This document shows positions 1 through 10,119 of a DNA stretch of 64,000 bases, one piece after another. Origin of the DNA: Fidelibacterota bacterium (GTDB lineage Bacteria > Fidelibacterota > SORT01); contig JACZYG010000015.1 of assembly GCA_022571215.1 (NCBI GenBank), forward strand, positions 63 through 64,062, read 5' to 3'. The first letter of the stretch is position 1. Each line of letters begins with the position of its first letter. The notes under the pieces are model-generated. The model ran no database searches. It worked only from the letters and a program-made list of their open reading frames with translations, and had not been told where the DNA came from. Made by a program: the position numbers and the translations under genes.

Positions 1-106
1 ATATAACCATCAATTAACGCCGTAAATCCAATCTTAGATTTCCAGCGACGGTATTCGTGCCGTTACTTTTCTTTCGATATTCAGGAAGACTTAATAGTTA
101 CAAATC

Positions 107-718
107 CTAAAATACATTTATCGCCTTAGCCATCGCATCCGCACCTGGGAACCCGGCAAGCGGCCCGTTGCATTCGACCATGAGCTTGCTGATGTCTTCG
201 GGACCATCGTGCCTTCCGGCTGTTACCTTTTCAAATACCATTATCATGTTGAGTCCTTTGGCTACAAGGTCATCACCTTCCCGATATTCGAGCGTACCAC
301 CCCCTTTATCGTCCATCTCAATATCTCCCAAACTGTACCATTGGCTTATTAAACCTGCTACGTCACCAAAGGGCGGCGGTTCAGGTACAATCCCTTTTTC
401 CGGATTGCCGTCAACGAACATCATTGACATATATGCCATTACGTCAATTTCAAAGAGAAATGCCTCATATCCTGTTTCCGAGAGCGGGAAGTTTATTACT
501 TCAACCCTGGCTTCTCCCTTTTCCCAATCGCCAACTACATAACCCTTTGCGCCAACGAGCGGCTTGTCAATGTAGGTTCTCCTTACAGTTCCCTCATTAA
601 TCTCCGAAACAGCCCGAGAGCTTTTCGCAACCGGTTTTTTCTCTTCCATGGAACTACACGAGATTACAGTCATGATGCATATAAGCGCTACCGTGATAAA
701 TAAAGGATTGATTCGCAT
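107..718 (-). CDS. hypothetical lipoprotein
   Basis: 203-aa ORF with hydrophobic N-terminus and lipobox-like VISC; AGGAG SD upstream; no family recognised. Confidence 0.7.
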   Translation of the reverse strand: MRINPLFITVALICIMTVISCSSMEEKKPVAKSSRAVSEINEGTVRRTYIDKPLVGAKGYVVGDWEKGEARVEVINFPLSETGYEAFLFEIDVMAYMSMMFVDGNPEKGIVPEPPPFGDVAGLISQWYSLGDIEMDDKGGGTLEYREGDDLVAKGLNMIMVFEKVTAGRHDGPEDISKLMVECNGPLAGFPGADAMAKAINVF

Positions 719-1081
719 ACCTGTCTCCTATTTGATGTGTGAATTAGTAATTACTCCATTCGACCTAACGTATTGAACTGACATCCAGAATGACCTGCCC
801 GGTTTTATCATTGAATTAAGCCATATGGAATTTTGCTATGAATAATATAGGATTAATTAGTCACAATAACAATAAAAACTTCATGAAAAGCAGCTTATCC
901 CATAAAATACGGCGCTCCTTATGAATACAACTATCAAAGCTCTGACTATTTTGTTTCGCATAGGAAGAGAAAACACTTGTTGACGATATTCTAATTTGTT
1001 ATCTTAGCTACGATATTAGCCGATATTCCGTTGAGGAATAGTTAAGCAAAGTTAGCAACACATTACCTAAAGGAACCGGTA

Positions 1082-2887
1082 ATCGAAAGATCCGCTCATA
1101 AATTTCACATCCCTGTAATGGGAACCGGATTCACCATTGATACGCCAATTCGGATTGCCAAGCTTGGTATCTCATCAGTTATTTCAATTATTGACGATAT
1201 GCTCATGGAACAGATGAGAAAATACCATGCCGAGCGTGTCGGCGAACCTTACGAGGAGATTCCCCGCAAAAGCAAAGACTCACGTGTTCGTAGAATAAGG
1301 GAATATCTGAACCTTGTTCACCGTATTGTTAATAAAGAGATGGACTCTTTACGTAAATCTCCTTTTGAACCGGGCAGCGACATCACTCGTTATTACGATA
1401 TGCTTCCGGACTCGCCCCTAAAAGACGAATATCTAAAGATGCTTAATGAAAAAGACTTGGGACACAGAGAACGAATGCAGGACGAACTCCGCGATAAGGC
1501 TGTTCCGGGGAGCGTTGATGTCAATATAATGACTAAGATCGACAGAAATGGAGCGAGGGGCAATGAAGACCTTCCTAAAGGTCAAAGTGACGCGCTTCTT
1601 GCTCTCAGAGGTTACGCGGAGAGCACACTGAATTCATCGGTTATCTTCTCCGCGGGTCTTAACCCGAGACTGTACGCATACATAGCCAATTTCGCCGACT
1701 TCTTTCCCAACAAGCTCGGAGAGATAAAAAAGAAGATAACGCTCAAAATAAGCGACTTCAGATCGGGCGCCATTCAGGGTAAATTCCTTGCGAAAAAGGG
1801 ACTCTGGGTATCCGAATTCAGAATTGAGTCGGGACTCAATTGCGGCGGGCACGCTTTCGCCACAAAAGGTAATCTGATGGGTCCGATATTAGAGGAGTTT
1901 AAAGAGCAGCGGGAGATTCTTAAAGAAAAGCTATTTGATATTTACACCAAGGCGCTTAATAAGTTCGATAAAATCGTGCCATCCTCCCCGCCTGAGGTCA
2001 GCCTTACAGTTCAAGGCGGAATCGGCACAAATGAGGAGAGGAATCTGCTTCATGATCATTACAAGGTTGACACCACCGGCTGGGCTACCCCCTTCCTTCT
2101 CGTATCTGAAGTAACCAATTTGGATGACGACCATCGGAAAAGGCTTGCTGACGCGGGCGATGATGATGTGTATCTTAGCGATGCCTCGCCTTTAGGGTTA
2201 CCCTTCTGGGTGCTAAGAAATTCAGCAGCCACGGAGGAACAACACAGGCTGATCGAAATAGGGAAACCGGGAAGCGATTGCCCCAAAGGCTTTCTAATTT
2301 CTAACACAGAATTTACAAAACATCATATTTGTTCAGCTTCAAGAAATTTTATGAGAAGAAAGCTAAATACGCTTGAAACGAATGGATCTTCCAATGGTCT
2401 CGCCGAAAAACAAAAAGAAAATGTTCTTGCGAAAGCGTGTTTATGCCGTGACTTGGCAGCATCCGCCACACAAAATTTAAATGTTAAAAGAAACGGCAAA
2501 ATATTGATCTGCTGCGGACCGGGAATAATTAATTACTCTAAAAAATCCACGCTTGAAGAAATGGTCGATCATATTTACGGCAGGAAGTCGCTTCTCACAA
2601 AATCCTACAGACCGCACATGTTCATAAAAGAACTCAGCCTCTACGTTGAATACATACGAAAAGAAGCGGAGCAATATAGTTTTGAACTATCGAACAGAAC
2701 GCCAAAATATTTCCGCGAGTTCAAAGAAAATATTAAAGAAGGAATTGAGTACTACAGAACTCTCGTAGAAGAATTTATAGAAGAACAACGGGAACGATTT
2801 CTTTCCGAACTCGACGCTCTCAGCGCGGAATTTGACGCCATTCTGACCGATAAGTTACTTGAGCTTCAGCCTGCTGAAGTTTCGTAG
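1082..2887 (+). CDS. conserved FMN TIM-barrel (nitronate monooxygenase/FabK-like) protein with Cys-rich C-terminal part; start uncertain (track start 1118)
   Basis: Motifs FHIPVMGTG, ESGLNCGGH, VQGGIG, GWATPFL, SPLGLPF; Cys motifs CPKG, HICS, ACLC, ICCG. Confidence 0.65.
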   Translation: MERSAHKFHIPVMGTGFTIDTPIRIAKLGISSVISIIDDMLMEQMRKYHAERVGEPYEEIPRKSKDSRVRRIREYLNLVHRIVNKEMDSLRKSPFEPGSDITRYYDMLPDSPLKDEYLKMLNEKDLGHRERMQDELRDKAVPGSVDVNIMTKIDRNGARGNEDLPKGQSDALLALRGYAESTLNSSVIFSAGLNPRLYAYIANFADFFPNKLGEIKKKITLKISDFRSGAIQGKFLAKKGLWVSEFRIESGLNCGGHAFATKGNLMGPILEEFKEQREILKEKLFDIYTKALNKFDKIVPSSPPEVSLTVQGGIGTNEERNLLHDHYKVDTTGWATPFLLVSEVTNLDDDHRKRLADAGDDDVYLSDASPLGLPFWVLRNSAATEEQHRLIEIGKPGSDCPKGFLISNTEFTKHHICSASRNFMRRKLNTLETNGSSNGLAEKQKENVLAKACLCRDLAASATQNLNVKRNGKILICCGPGIINYSKKSTLEEMVDHIYGRKSLLTKSYRPHMFIKELSLYVEYIRKEAEQYSFELSNRTPKYFREFKENIKEGIEYYRTLVEEFIEEQRERFLSELDALSAEFDAILTDKLLELQPAEVS

Positions 2888-2949
2888 TATACAGCTGCTT
2901 TCTTAATATTCAGTTTTTAAAGTAACAGATCCGAACCGGCATGACGATT

Positions 2950-4722
2950 TCATTTGATAAGCAGCATTTTTCTGGTTTGAGAAAAATTACCGGACAATAA
3001 TCTGTAAAAATATATTCCCGACGGCTGTTCGGACGCATCCCAACTGAGTTGATGACTGCCTGCCGATTGCATCCCTCCATCCAGCAGAGCGACTGTCTCA
3101 CCACTCAAGTTGAAAATTGAGATTTTTACTTCTCCATAAATAGGCAGTTCATAGTTTATGGTTGTTACAGGATTAAAAGGGTTGGGATAGTTTTGTGATA
3201 ATAAATACGAACGAGGCAGCTCCATAATTTTTTCTGCGGATACAATAAATCCTGCCGATTCGTTTATTCTCAAAACGCGGTTGACGGCAATATCGCTGAA
3301 TTCCTGTATCACTCCTGATGGCCAATAAACAGTGATATTATCTACTGTTTCCGCTTTGCCGAGACCGAATCCTATCACGAGTGAATTCATCGACGCAAAA
3401 CTCGCTCCGGCAGCCACCTCTTTATATTGAGTTATGCCACCGGATTCCACTTTAATTTTGGCTCCCACTCCGCTCCTGTTACTTTCTGTGCCTTCTAATT
3501 TCACTTTTATCCAATTATTACCTGAATTCGGATTAATGAATAATTTTAATTCGCTTCTTAATACATTGATAAAGAGCAAATCGCCATAACCGTCGTCGTT
3601 GAAATCAGCGCACACGCTCGCTCTCCCGTCTCCGGCGTCCGCGAGTCCTATGCTTGACGCTATCTCCGAAAAACCGGCTGTTCCCTTATTTTTATAGAAA
3701 ACATTGACTTCGCTGTATAGCGAGTCCCAGGACATGGCTCCGTTCACTACATAAATATCCTCATCGCCATCGTTATCGTAATCAAAAAAATTCACTCCCC
3801 ATGCCATTGTTTTATTCAAGATCCCTAATCTTTCGCCGCTGTCTTCGAATGTTCCATCGCCATTATTCGTAAATAGAAAATCTCTTGCAAGATTTGAAAC
3901 ATAGATGTCTATATCGCCATCATTATCGTAATCGGAAAAATCCACTCCCATACCCGCGCCGACGGGAATATTCAATTCAGCTGCCAAATTAGTGAATGTG
4001 CCATCGCCGTTATTATGATATAGAGCGTCCCGTCCGAACTCATTTACTACGTAAATATCAGGGTAATTATCGTTATCATAGTCAAAAACCCCAACCGCTA
4101 AATCCGTTCCCGTATACCCGGTGCCCGATGATTCGGTGACATCACTAAATGTGCCGTCACCGTTATTGCGATAGAGCCTGTTGGCATAATCTATGATAGC
4201 CTGCGAGCGGTTTAAAACGTAAATATCAAGATTTCCGTCATTGTCGAAATCCATCAATGCCGCGCTTGTGCTTGGTCCGGTATCCCCTACTCCCGCCTCT
4301 TCCGTCGCGTCATAAAAAACAGCCGCTCCGTTGTTCAGGAATAGTTTGTTCTCCCCGAAATAATTCGTCAGATAGATGTCCGCATCGCCGTCGTTATCTA
4401 TATCGCTGCATACAGCTCCCCATCCTTCAGAAAGATCAGCCACACCGGACTCTTGACCAACTTCCGAAAACGTCCCATCTTTATTATTCAGGTAAAGCTG
4501 ATTTGGAGAGCCCGCGCCATTTGTGATATAAAAGTCTTCACTACCGTCCCCGTCGAAATCGCACAAAGCTATTCCGCCAATATACATGAATCCAACGTGC
4601 TGATAATCTATGCCGGCCGATAGCGCTATTTCCTGAAATGTTTTTTGACTCCGAGCGTCGTCGTAGCAAAGCAGCAACAAAATTATTAATGATATATTAC
4701 GCGGTATCGTCATTTCCGGCAA
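2950..4722 (-). CDS. CRTAC1/ASPIC-UnbV family FG-GAP repeat protein with T9SS type A C-terminal domain
   Basis: Repeated D-(F/Y)-D-N-D-G-x-x-D-I-Y motifs; NRSGVGAKI ASPIC segment; QNYPNPFNPVTTI...TRKMLLIK tail. Confidence 0.9.
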   Translation of the reverse strand: MPEMTIPRNISLIILLLLCYDDARSQKTFQEIALSAGIDYQHVGFMYIGGIALCDFDGDGSEDFYITNGAGSPNQLYLNNKDGTFSEVGQESGVADLSEGWGAVCSDIDNDGDADIYLTNYFGENKLFLNNGAAVFYDATEEAGVGDTGPSTSAALMDFDNDGNLDIYVLNRSQAIIDYANRLYRNNGDGTFSDVTESSGTGYTGTDLAVGVFDYDNDNYPDIYVVNEFGRDALYHNNGDGTFTNLAAELNIPVGAGMGVDFSDYDNDGDIDIYVSNLARDFLFTNNGDGTFEDSGERLGILNKTMAWGVNFFDYDNDGDEDIYVVNGAMSWDSLYSEVNVFYKNKGTAGFSEIASSIGLADAGDGRASVCADFNDDGYGDLLFINVLRSELKLFINPNSGNNWIKVKLEGTESNRSGVGAKIKVESGGITQYKEVAAGASFASMNSLVIGFGLGKAETVDNITVYWPSGVIQEFSDIAVNRVLRINESAGFIVSAEKIMELPRSYLLSQNYPNPFNPVTTINYELPIYGEVKISIFNLSGETVALLDGGMQSAGSHQLSWDASEQPSGIYFYRLLSGNFSQTRKMLLIK

Positions 4723-4842
4723 CTCTATAATAAGTATAAGCTTATATTGATCTTATTAACTCTTATGAACCATAACATAAAAGCTAATGATATAATATAC
4801 TATCCCTAATTAATAAATAATTTGACGATTTATATAAAACAG

Positions 4843-4870
4843 AAAAGCAGCTGACCAAAGTCAGCTGCTT
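4843..4870 (-). terminator. intrinsic terminator after HU gene
   Basis: AAGCAGCTGAC-tttg-GTCAGCTGCTT hairpin followed by T-rich tract on minus strand. Confidence 0.8.
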
Positions 4871-4892
4871 CCCAATAGTAAGTTTAGCTCGA

Positions 4893-5165
4893 CTATCTAA
4901 TAGCGTTAATTAGATCATTAGTCGGCTCGAAATGTGGCACTCGAGTCGTTTCTAATCTTGTAGAGCCGTTTGCAATTGAGCTCGCTTCCATCTCTCTTGG
5001 AATTCGCGAAGTTGTAAAGGTACCAATCCCCGCGAGATATACCTCTTCATTGTTCCTTAGTGCATTGACTACGTTTGCGGCTAATGCGCTTAACGCTTTA
5101 TCAGCCTGGATACTTGTTAATCCGCTTTCCGCAGCAATGGCATTTGCTAGATCTTGAGTGGTCAT
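4893..5165 (-). CDS. HU/IHF family DNA-binding protein (atypical arm)
   Basis: 90 aa; MTTQDLANAIA, EVYLAGIGTF, VPHFEP; GGAGG SD. Confidence 0.85.
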   Translation of the reverse strand: MTTQDLANAIAAESGLTSIQADKALSALAANVVNALRNNEEVYLAGIGTFTTSRIPREMEASSIANGSTRLETTRVPHFEPTNDLINAIR

Positions 5166-5410
5166 ATGCGCGCCTCCTATCTATTAGTTATCCGCGTCTG
5201 ATGAGATTTATTGCAATTCTTGTACCAAAATGGAGTATTTGCCTGTTTCATTGGTTTACAGCGGTTTTGGACATCATCAATAACTGCGGCAGGATAAGAT
5301 TACGGTGGTATATCGCCATTTTAATCGCATATATTATTTGAATGAAAACAAAGTATATGAATGGCACCGCTTATTAAAACAATCGGATAATTTTTACGTA
5401 TGCTTTTTAT

Positions 5411-5437
5411 GCCAACTATTTTACAGGTGACAGGTCA
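5411..5437 (+). promoter_or_regulatory. putative autoregulatory ECF promoter
   Basis: GCCAAC-N17-GTCA upstream of ECF sigma gene. Confidence 0.45.
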
Positions 5438-5463
5438 TACTTTTAGGGAGAATGCGAATTTAA

Positions 5464-6039
5464 ATGAAGGATAGGGAGATTGAATTGATTCACAAAGCTC
5501 AAAATGGGGACAGTTTCGCGTTTGAGCAACTTGTCAGCGGCTATGACAGACAAGTTCTGAGTCTCGCTTATTCTATAGTGGGAAATCCGGACGATGCTCA
5601 AGATATTTATCAGGAAGCTCTAATCGCTGCCTATAGAGCGCTCCCAAAATTTCGTATAGAGAGCAATTTCTTCACATGGCTCTATCGTATCGCGGTGAAC
5701 AAAGCCATAAATTTCAAAAGGAAGAATTTAAAATATCAGGTTGAATCAATTACAAAATCAGGTTCAGACTCTTACGCTCCCGACCATGATTTACGAATTT
5801 CTCTCTCGGATACACCCGAAGAAGTGACCGTAAGAAAAGAATTGAAAACTATCATAGATGAAGCTGTTTTGCTTCTGTCAACACGGGAGAGGATGGCGTT
5901 TGTATTATGCCATCAAGAAGGATATAAACTTCGTGAAGCAGCAGAACTCATGAATTGCTCCCTTGGCTCGGTGAAGAGCTATCTATTCCGTTCAAGGGAA
6001 AAACTTAAAGCCCATTTAAAACCGTACATGGAGAATTAG
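5464..6039 (+). CDS. ECF sigma-70 factor
   Basis: DAQDIYQEA, FFTWLYRIAVN (region 2); GSVKSYLFRSREKL (region 4). Confidence 0.95.
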   Translation: MKDREIELIHKAQNGDSFAFEQLVSGYDRQVLSLAYSIVGNPDDAQDIYQEALIAAYRALPKFRIESNFFTWLYRIAVNKAINFKRKNLKYQVESITKSGSDSYAPDHDLRISLSDTPEEVTVRKELKTIIDEAVLLLSTRERMAFVLCHQEGYKLREAAELMNCSLGSVKSYLFRSREKLKAHLKPYMEN

Positions 6040-6040
6040 A

Positions 6041-7015
6041 ATGTCCGCAGACAAACTTAAAGAACAGGTATTGTTATATCTCTATGGAGAATTATCTGAT
6101 GATGACAATCTTTTATTTGAGGAAGACCTCGCAAAATACGATAATCTCCGAACAATATATGAGGAAGAAAAAAAATTACACGAGCTATACTCACTCAGAT
6201 CCGATAAAACGATCCCGGATTCGCTATTGCAAGCGAGCAGGTCTGAACTCCGCGAGCGGTTAAGAGAGGAAAACACCGGCTCGACCGCCAAATCACGCTT
6301 GTCAAAAGGTATAATCTATATTCTTTTCGGCTCCCCCGTCAAGACGATGGTCGCGCTCTCCATGCTGACAATCGGTATCCTTTTGGGAAAGTATGTCTCT
6401 ATAGAAGTGGATTTTGATGACGGCATAGAAGTCCATCAGCGAACAGCTTTGATGGATGGAAATATATCAAGCGAACTTTTGGGTTCTGATGCATTGGAGA
6501 TAGCCGACATGAAGATTATAGCCTACGACGCCGATTCGGAAGAGATAACAATTTCGGTTGATGCGGTTGCAAGCGTTAGTATCAGAGGGAATATCAGTAA
6601 TAATAAAATTCAGACCATTTTGGCAGCCGCTCTTCAAAGTGATTTAGGTCCGTCAATTAGGTTGAAATCCATTGAATTGCTTAAAATGAATATTGAAAAG
6701 AAAGAGATAGTGAATGCCTTGATACAGGCGCTTCAAGGTGATGATAATCCGGGCGTCAGGCTGAAAGCCGTAGAAGCGCTCGCTCCGTACACGGATAATA
6801 CGGACGTAAAGAACGCATTATTGAATACGCTGAAAAGAGACGGGAATGCCGGTGTGCGTATTCAGGCTATTCTTGCCTTGAAGGACAATAAGGATCCAAA
6901 AGTATTGGAAGTTTTAAAACATAAGATGGAATCAGATGAAAATGAATATATCAGACACCAGTCAAAGGAATCGGTATCCGGTTGGACAATAGATAAAACA
7001 GGACGCGAGATCTGA
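6041..7015 (+). CDS. putative anti-sigma factor (N-terminal LYLYGEL domain, one TM, HEAT repeats)
   Basis: Directly follows ECF sigma; DxNPGVRLKAVEAL-type HEAT repeats. Confidence 0.8.
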   Translation: MSADKLKEQVLLYLYGELSDDDNLLFEEDLAKYDNLRTIYEEEKKLHELYSLRSDKTIPDSLLQASRSELRERLREENTGSTAKSRLSKGIIYILFGSPVKTMVALSMLTIGILLGKYVSIEVDFDDGIEVHQRTALMDGNISSELLGSDALEIADMKIIAYDADSEEITISVDAVASVSIRGNISNNKIQTILAAALQSDLGPSIRLKSIELLKMNIEKKEIVNALIQALQGDDNPGVRLKAVEALAPYTDNTDVKNALLNTLKRDGNAGVRIQAILALKDNKDPKVLEVLKHKMESDENEYIRHQSKESVSGWTIDKTGREI

Positions 7016-7033
7016 TCGCGCAGGAGAAACATA

Positions 7034-8365
7034 ATGAAATCACTGAAAATCACGCTCGTTCTTTTATTATCGCTATCAACGCAGGTTGTCGCTTTATCTC
7101 AAGAAAGAGGAAAAATAACCAGAGAACGGGGCGAATTTATTGAAACGATCGACAAAACTTACAAAGTAAAAAAAGGAGGTTCGCTTTTTCTCAGCTCCGA
7201 CCAGGGTCCTATCTATGTTGAAACATGGTTTGAGGATAAAGTGCGTGTTGTTGTAATCAAGAGGGCTGACGTTAGAAACGAGTCGCGCGCTGAAGAGATA
7301 TTCGAAGAGATTGAGGTAACCATAACCAAATCGGGCAAAGACGTTACGGTCAAGGCTAGAACGCCATGGAGGCGAAGAAAAAGAAGTTCCGTCCTCTCTT
7401 TTGAAATTACCGTACCATATAAATATAACGTGGATGTTGAAACCGACGGCGGCAGCATACGAATAGCTGATCTTGAAGGCAACCTAAACGCGGAAACTGC
7501 CGGTGGCAGTATTAAAGTCGGGCAAATATCGAATGGTGACCTAAATGTTGAGACTGCGGGCGGCAGCATCAAGATAGTTGGGATTAAAAATGGCAACGGA
7601 ATAGCAAGTACAGCAGGCGGCAGCATAAAAGTAGGCGATGTATCCGGTGATCTTAAAGTTCATACTTCCGGCGGCAGCATCGAATTGGGCATAATCGGAG
7701 GCAAAGCGAAGGCTCATACTTCCGGTGGCAGCATTAAGGTCAAGGAAGGCGGCATTGACTTAGACGCCTCCACTTCCGGCGGAAGCATCTCTGTTAATTA
7801 CGCAAACGGTCCCGTGAAAGTTCGCACGTCCGGCGGAAGCATTTCCATTGGCGACACAAAAGGTGATATTGACGCAAGTACAGCCGGAGGGAGTATCCAC
7901 ATAGGTGAATCCGGCGGTCGGGTCAACGCAAGCACTGCCGGCGGCGGCATAAGCGTCGAAGGTTCGCAAGGACCGGTAATAGTTGAAACAGCCGGCGGAA
8001 GCATAGAAATCACCAATGCCCGGGGATTCATAGAAGCGGTAACAGCGGGTGGAGATGTGGAAGCTGAACTGATCGTCAGCGACAAGAATATAGATACTCA
8101 TGTCACTCTTGAAACAGCCGGAGGAGATATAACGCTCTATCTTCCCGCCGAACTCTCAGCCACTTTTGATGTTGAACTTGAGATTACACGTCGCGCCTGG
8201 AGAGATTACAAGATATATTCGGATTTTCCGCTTAGCATAAGCGACGATGCTGATGGGTGGCGAGGAAATAAAATCATAATTGCCGAAGGTGATATAAACG
8301 GCGGTGGTGATAAGATCAAAATAAGAACTAAGAACGGTGATATTCGTATCAAAAAGATCAGATAA
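7034..8365 (+). CDS. DUF4097-family beta-strand repeat protein, secreted
   Basis: Signal peptide; about 13 T(A/S/D)GG(S/G/D)(I/V) repeats; C-terminal GDINGGG...TKNGDIRI. Confidence 0.85.
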   Translation: MKSLKITLVLLLSLSTQVVALSQERGKITRERGEFIETIDKTYKVKKGGSLFLSSDQGPIYVETWFEDKVRVVVIKRADVRNESRAEEIFEEIEVTITKSGKDVTVKARTPWRRRKRSSVLSFEITVPYKYNVDVETDGGSIRIADLEGNLNAETAGGSIKVGQISNGDLNVETAGGSIKIVGIKNGNGIASTAGGSIKVGDVSGDLKVHTSGGSIELGIIGGKAKAHTSGGSIKVKEGGIDLDASTSGGSISVNYANGPVKVRTSGGSISIGDTKGDIDASTAGGSIHIGESGGRVNASTAGGGISVEGSQGPVIVETAGGSIEITNARGFIEAVTAGGDVEAELIVSDKNIDTHVTLETAGGDITLYLPAELSATFDVELEITRRAWRDYKIYSDFPLSISDDADGWRGNKIIIAEGDINGGGDKIKIRTKNGDIRIKKIR

Positions 8366-8384
8366 CTTATTCACGCCCAATTTT

Positions 8385-8420
8385 GAAGCCCCGTATCTGT
8401 TGATCGATTCGGGGCTTTTT
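8385..8420 (+). terminator. intrinsic terminator
   Basis: AAGCCCCG...CGGGGCTTTTT. Confidence 0.75.
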
Positions 8421-8427
8421 AATTGAT

Positions 8428-8780
8428 GTCAACCACCTTCCGCCTTAATTCCCCGCCATACCGATGCCGTGTCCGGCTTTGCCGTACGGACGGCGCGGAC
8501 TGCTGCCTCTTCGAGACTTCCCCTCCTATTTATAATGGGGAGATGAAAAATTCCCCTCTATCGGAACCCTACCCGACATCGGTTAAGCGGGCAAAGACGA
8601 CGAATCTCCCCTCCTTACAAAGGAGGGGATAAAGGGGTGGTTGTATTATAATTTGCACCGTGATGTGTGGTCGGCTTTTTAGCGTGCGGTCAGGGCAAGC
8701 CCTAACTCGCACAATAAGACTAAGCGGGTTTTTATGGAGTGCTCCCAACGGTGTTCCTACGGAACATCAACTGTGTGCTG
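8428..8780. repeat. intergenic palindromic mosaic (families A, C, D with micro-insertions)
   Basis: CCCCTCCTT/AAGGAGGGG hairpin; GTGCGGTCAGGGCAAGCCCTAACTCGCAC; interrupted TGGAGTGC element. Confidence 0.8.
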
Positions 8781-8827
8781 ATTAGGCAACAAGCCTCTCA
8801 ACCGCCACGAATCAATTATTCCTAAGC

Positions 8828-8853
8828 ACAAAAAAATCCCCTCGTGGGGATTG
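8828..8853 (-). terminator. intrinsic terminator after TPR gene
   Basis: AATCCCC-acga-GGGGATT then T run on minus strand. Confidence 0.7.
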
Positions 8854-8881
8854 TCGGGAAAAAGTGTTACCGGGGGAGTGA

Positions 8882-10117
8882 TTAAAGCGCTTTGGCGCTC
8901 ATCTCTTTGGCGACCATCGCTATCTTCTGCTGCGCTTCGATAGATGTAAAGCATTCGAGCGCTTTGCCGTAATCAACTTCAGCCTGTTCCGCGTCTTTCG
9001 TCTCTCTGTGCAGACGCGCTATCTCAAGGTGGGTCTCGCCCTTATTGAGGGAGTTGTCGTGACGCTCGTTGATCCTGAGTGAGTTGCCAAGATAGACCTC
9101 GGCAAGGTCGAACCTGCCGTTCTTCTTATGGTTCATGCCCATAAGCTTGTAAACCTCTGCTACGCCGAGCCTGTCCTTCATCTCACTGAATATCTTGAAT
9201 GCCTTGGTGGCAAGAAGAACAGACTCGTCTATCTCGTTCTTCTTATGATAGATCTCTGCCTTCTCCAGGTAAGAGAGACCGGCGATACGTTCGTCGCCCG
9301 CGCGCTCGGAGAACCTGAGACCGTCATCAAGTTTACGCTCCGCCGCTTCAAGGTTGCCCTTGTTCTTATAGGCGATGCCGATATTATGATGTATCAGAGC
9401 TCTCAGAGGATCGTTGTTCATGTTGCCGAGTGTCTTGAGAGCAGAGTTGTAAGACTCCAGGGCGCTGTCATGGTCGCCGCGGATATTGAGTATGTTGCCG
9501 AGGTTCATGTAGATCTTGAGCAGAAGTTCACGATCCTTGTTCGCTACGGCTAACTTCTTGGATGATTCAAACGACTCTAACGCGTTAGAGAGTCTGCCCG
9601 TCTCGGCATAAAGAATACCAAGTGTGTTGAGGGTAGCGGATAACGCTTTGGTGTCACCCGAGTCTCTTAAGTATGACTCTGCCGTGTTGAACTCCTCAAG
9701 AGCTCTCGACCAGTTAGCCTGCTTGGCGAATATCTCGCCTAAGAAGCGGCTCGCGGAACCCTTGAGACTCTTGTTCGTCTCGCTGTCGGGACGACTCTTG
9801 ATCTCGTCTAAAAGGTTCATCGCGCGGTCAAACTGATTAGCGGCTATAGACGCTTCCGCTATCGCTAACAGCAACGCGTCATAAGAATCTCCGCTTAACT
9901 GTTCCTGTGATACGCTTAAGATGATTTCAAATTTGGTGTCTATGGTAAGGTTGCTACGGTCATTCTTGGTAAGGTCTGTCGGTAGGATAGTCCGCCATGT
10001 CTCTCGCAGCCCGGTTTCGTTACTCTTAAGAAGCTTCGTAACCTTCCGGCTGAAACCTCTGCCGCAAGCCTTAGAAGCGATCTTTAAAACGTCTGCTGTG
10101 AAAGTCTCGGTAGCCAT
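8882..10117 (-). CDS. cytoplasmic tetratricopeptide-repeat protein
   Basis: Tandem ~40-aa TPRs (TLNTLGILY, YMNLGNIL, HHNIGIAY); no signal peptide. Confidence 0.9.
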   Translation of the reverse strand: MATETFTADVLKIASKACGRGFSRKVTKLLKSNETGLRETWRTILPTDLTKNDRSNLTIDTKFEIILSVSQEQLSGDSYDALLLAIAEASIAANQFDRAMNLLDEIKSRPDSETNKSLKGSASRFLGEIFAKQANWSRALEEFNTAESYLRDSGDTKALSATLNTLGILYAETGRLSNALESFESSKKLAVANKDRELLLKIYMNLGNILNIRGDHDSALESYNSALKTLGNMNNDPLRALIHHNIGIAYKNKGNLEAAERKLDDGLRFSERAGDERIAGLSYLEKAEIYHKKNEIDESVLLATKAFKIFSEMKDRLGVAEVYKLMGMNHKKNGRFDLAEVYLGNSLRINERHDNSLNKGETHLEIARLHRETKDAEQAEVDYGKALECFTSIEAQQKIAMVAKEMSAKAL

Positions 10118-10119
10118 AA

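Noticed and set aside
7440-8130. Nucleotide tandem repeat GGCGGCAGCAT
   Set aside because: Explained by the TxGGSI protein repeats of DUF4097.
8423-8632. Short ORFs in repeat regions (also 16413, 21960, 22210, 33084, 41612, 48416, 55619)
   Set aside because: Translations of palindromic repeats with no SD or protein-like features.
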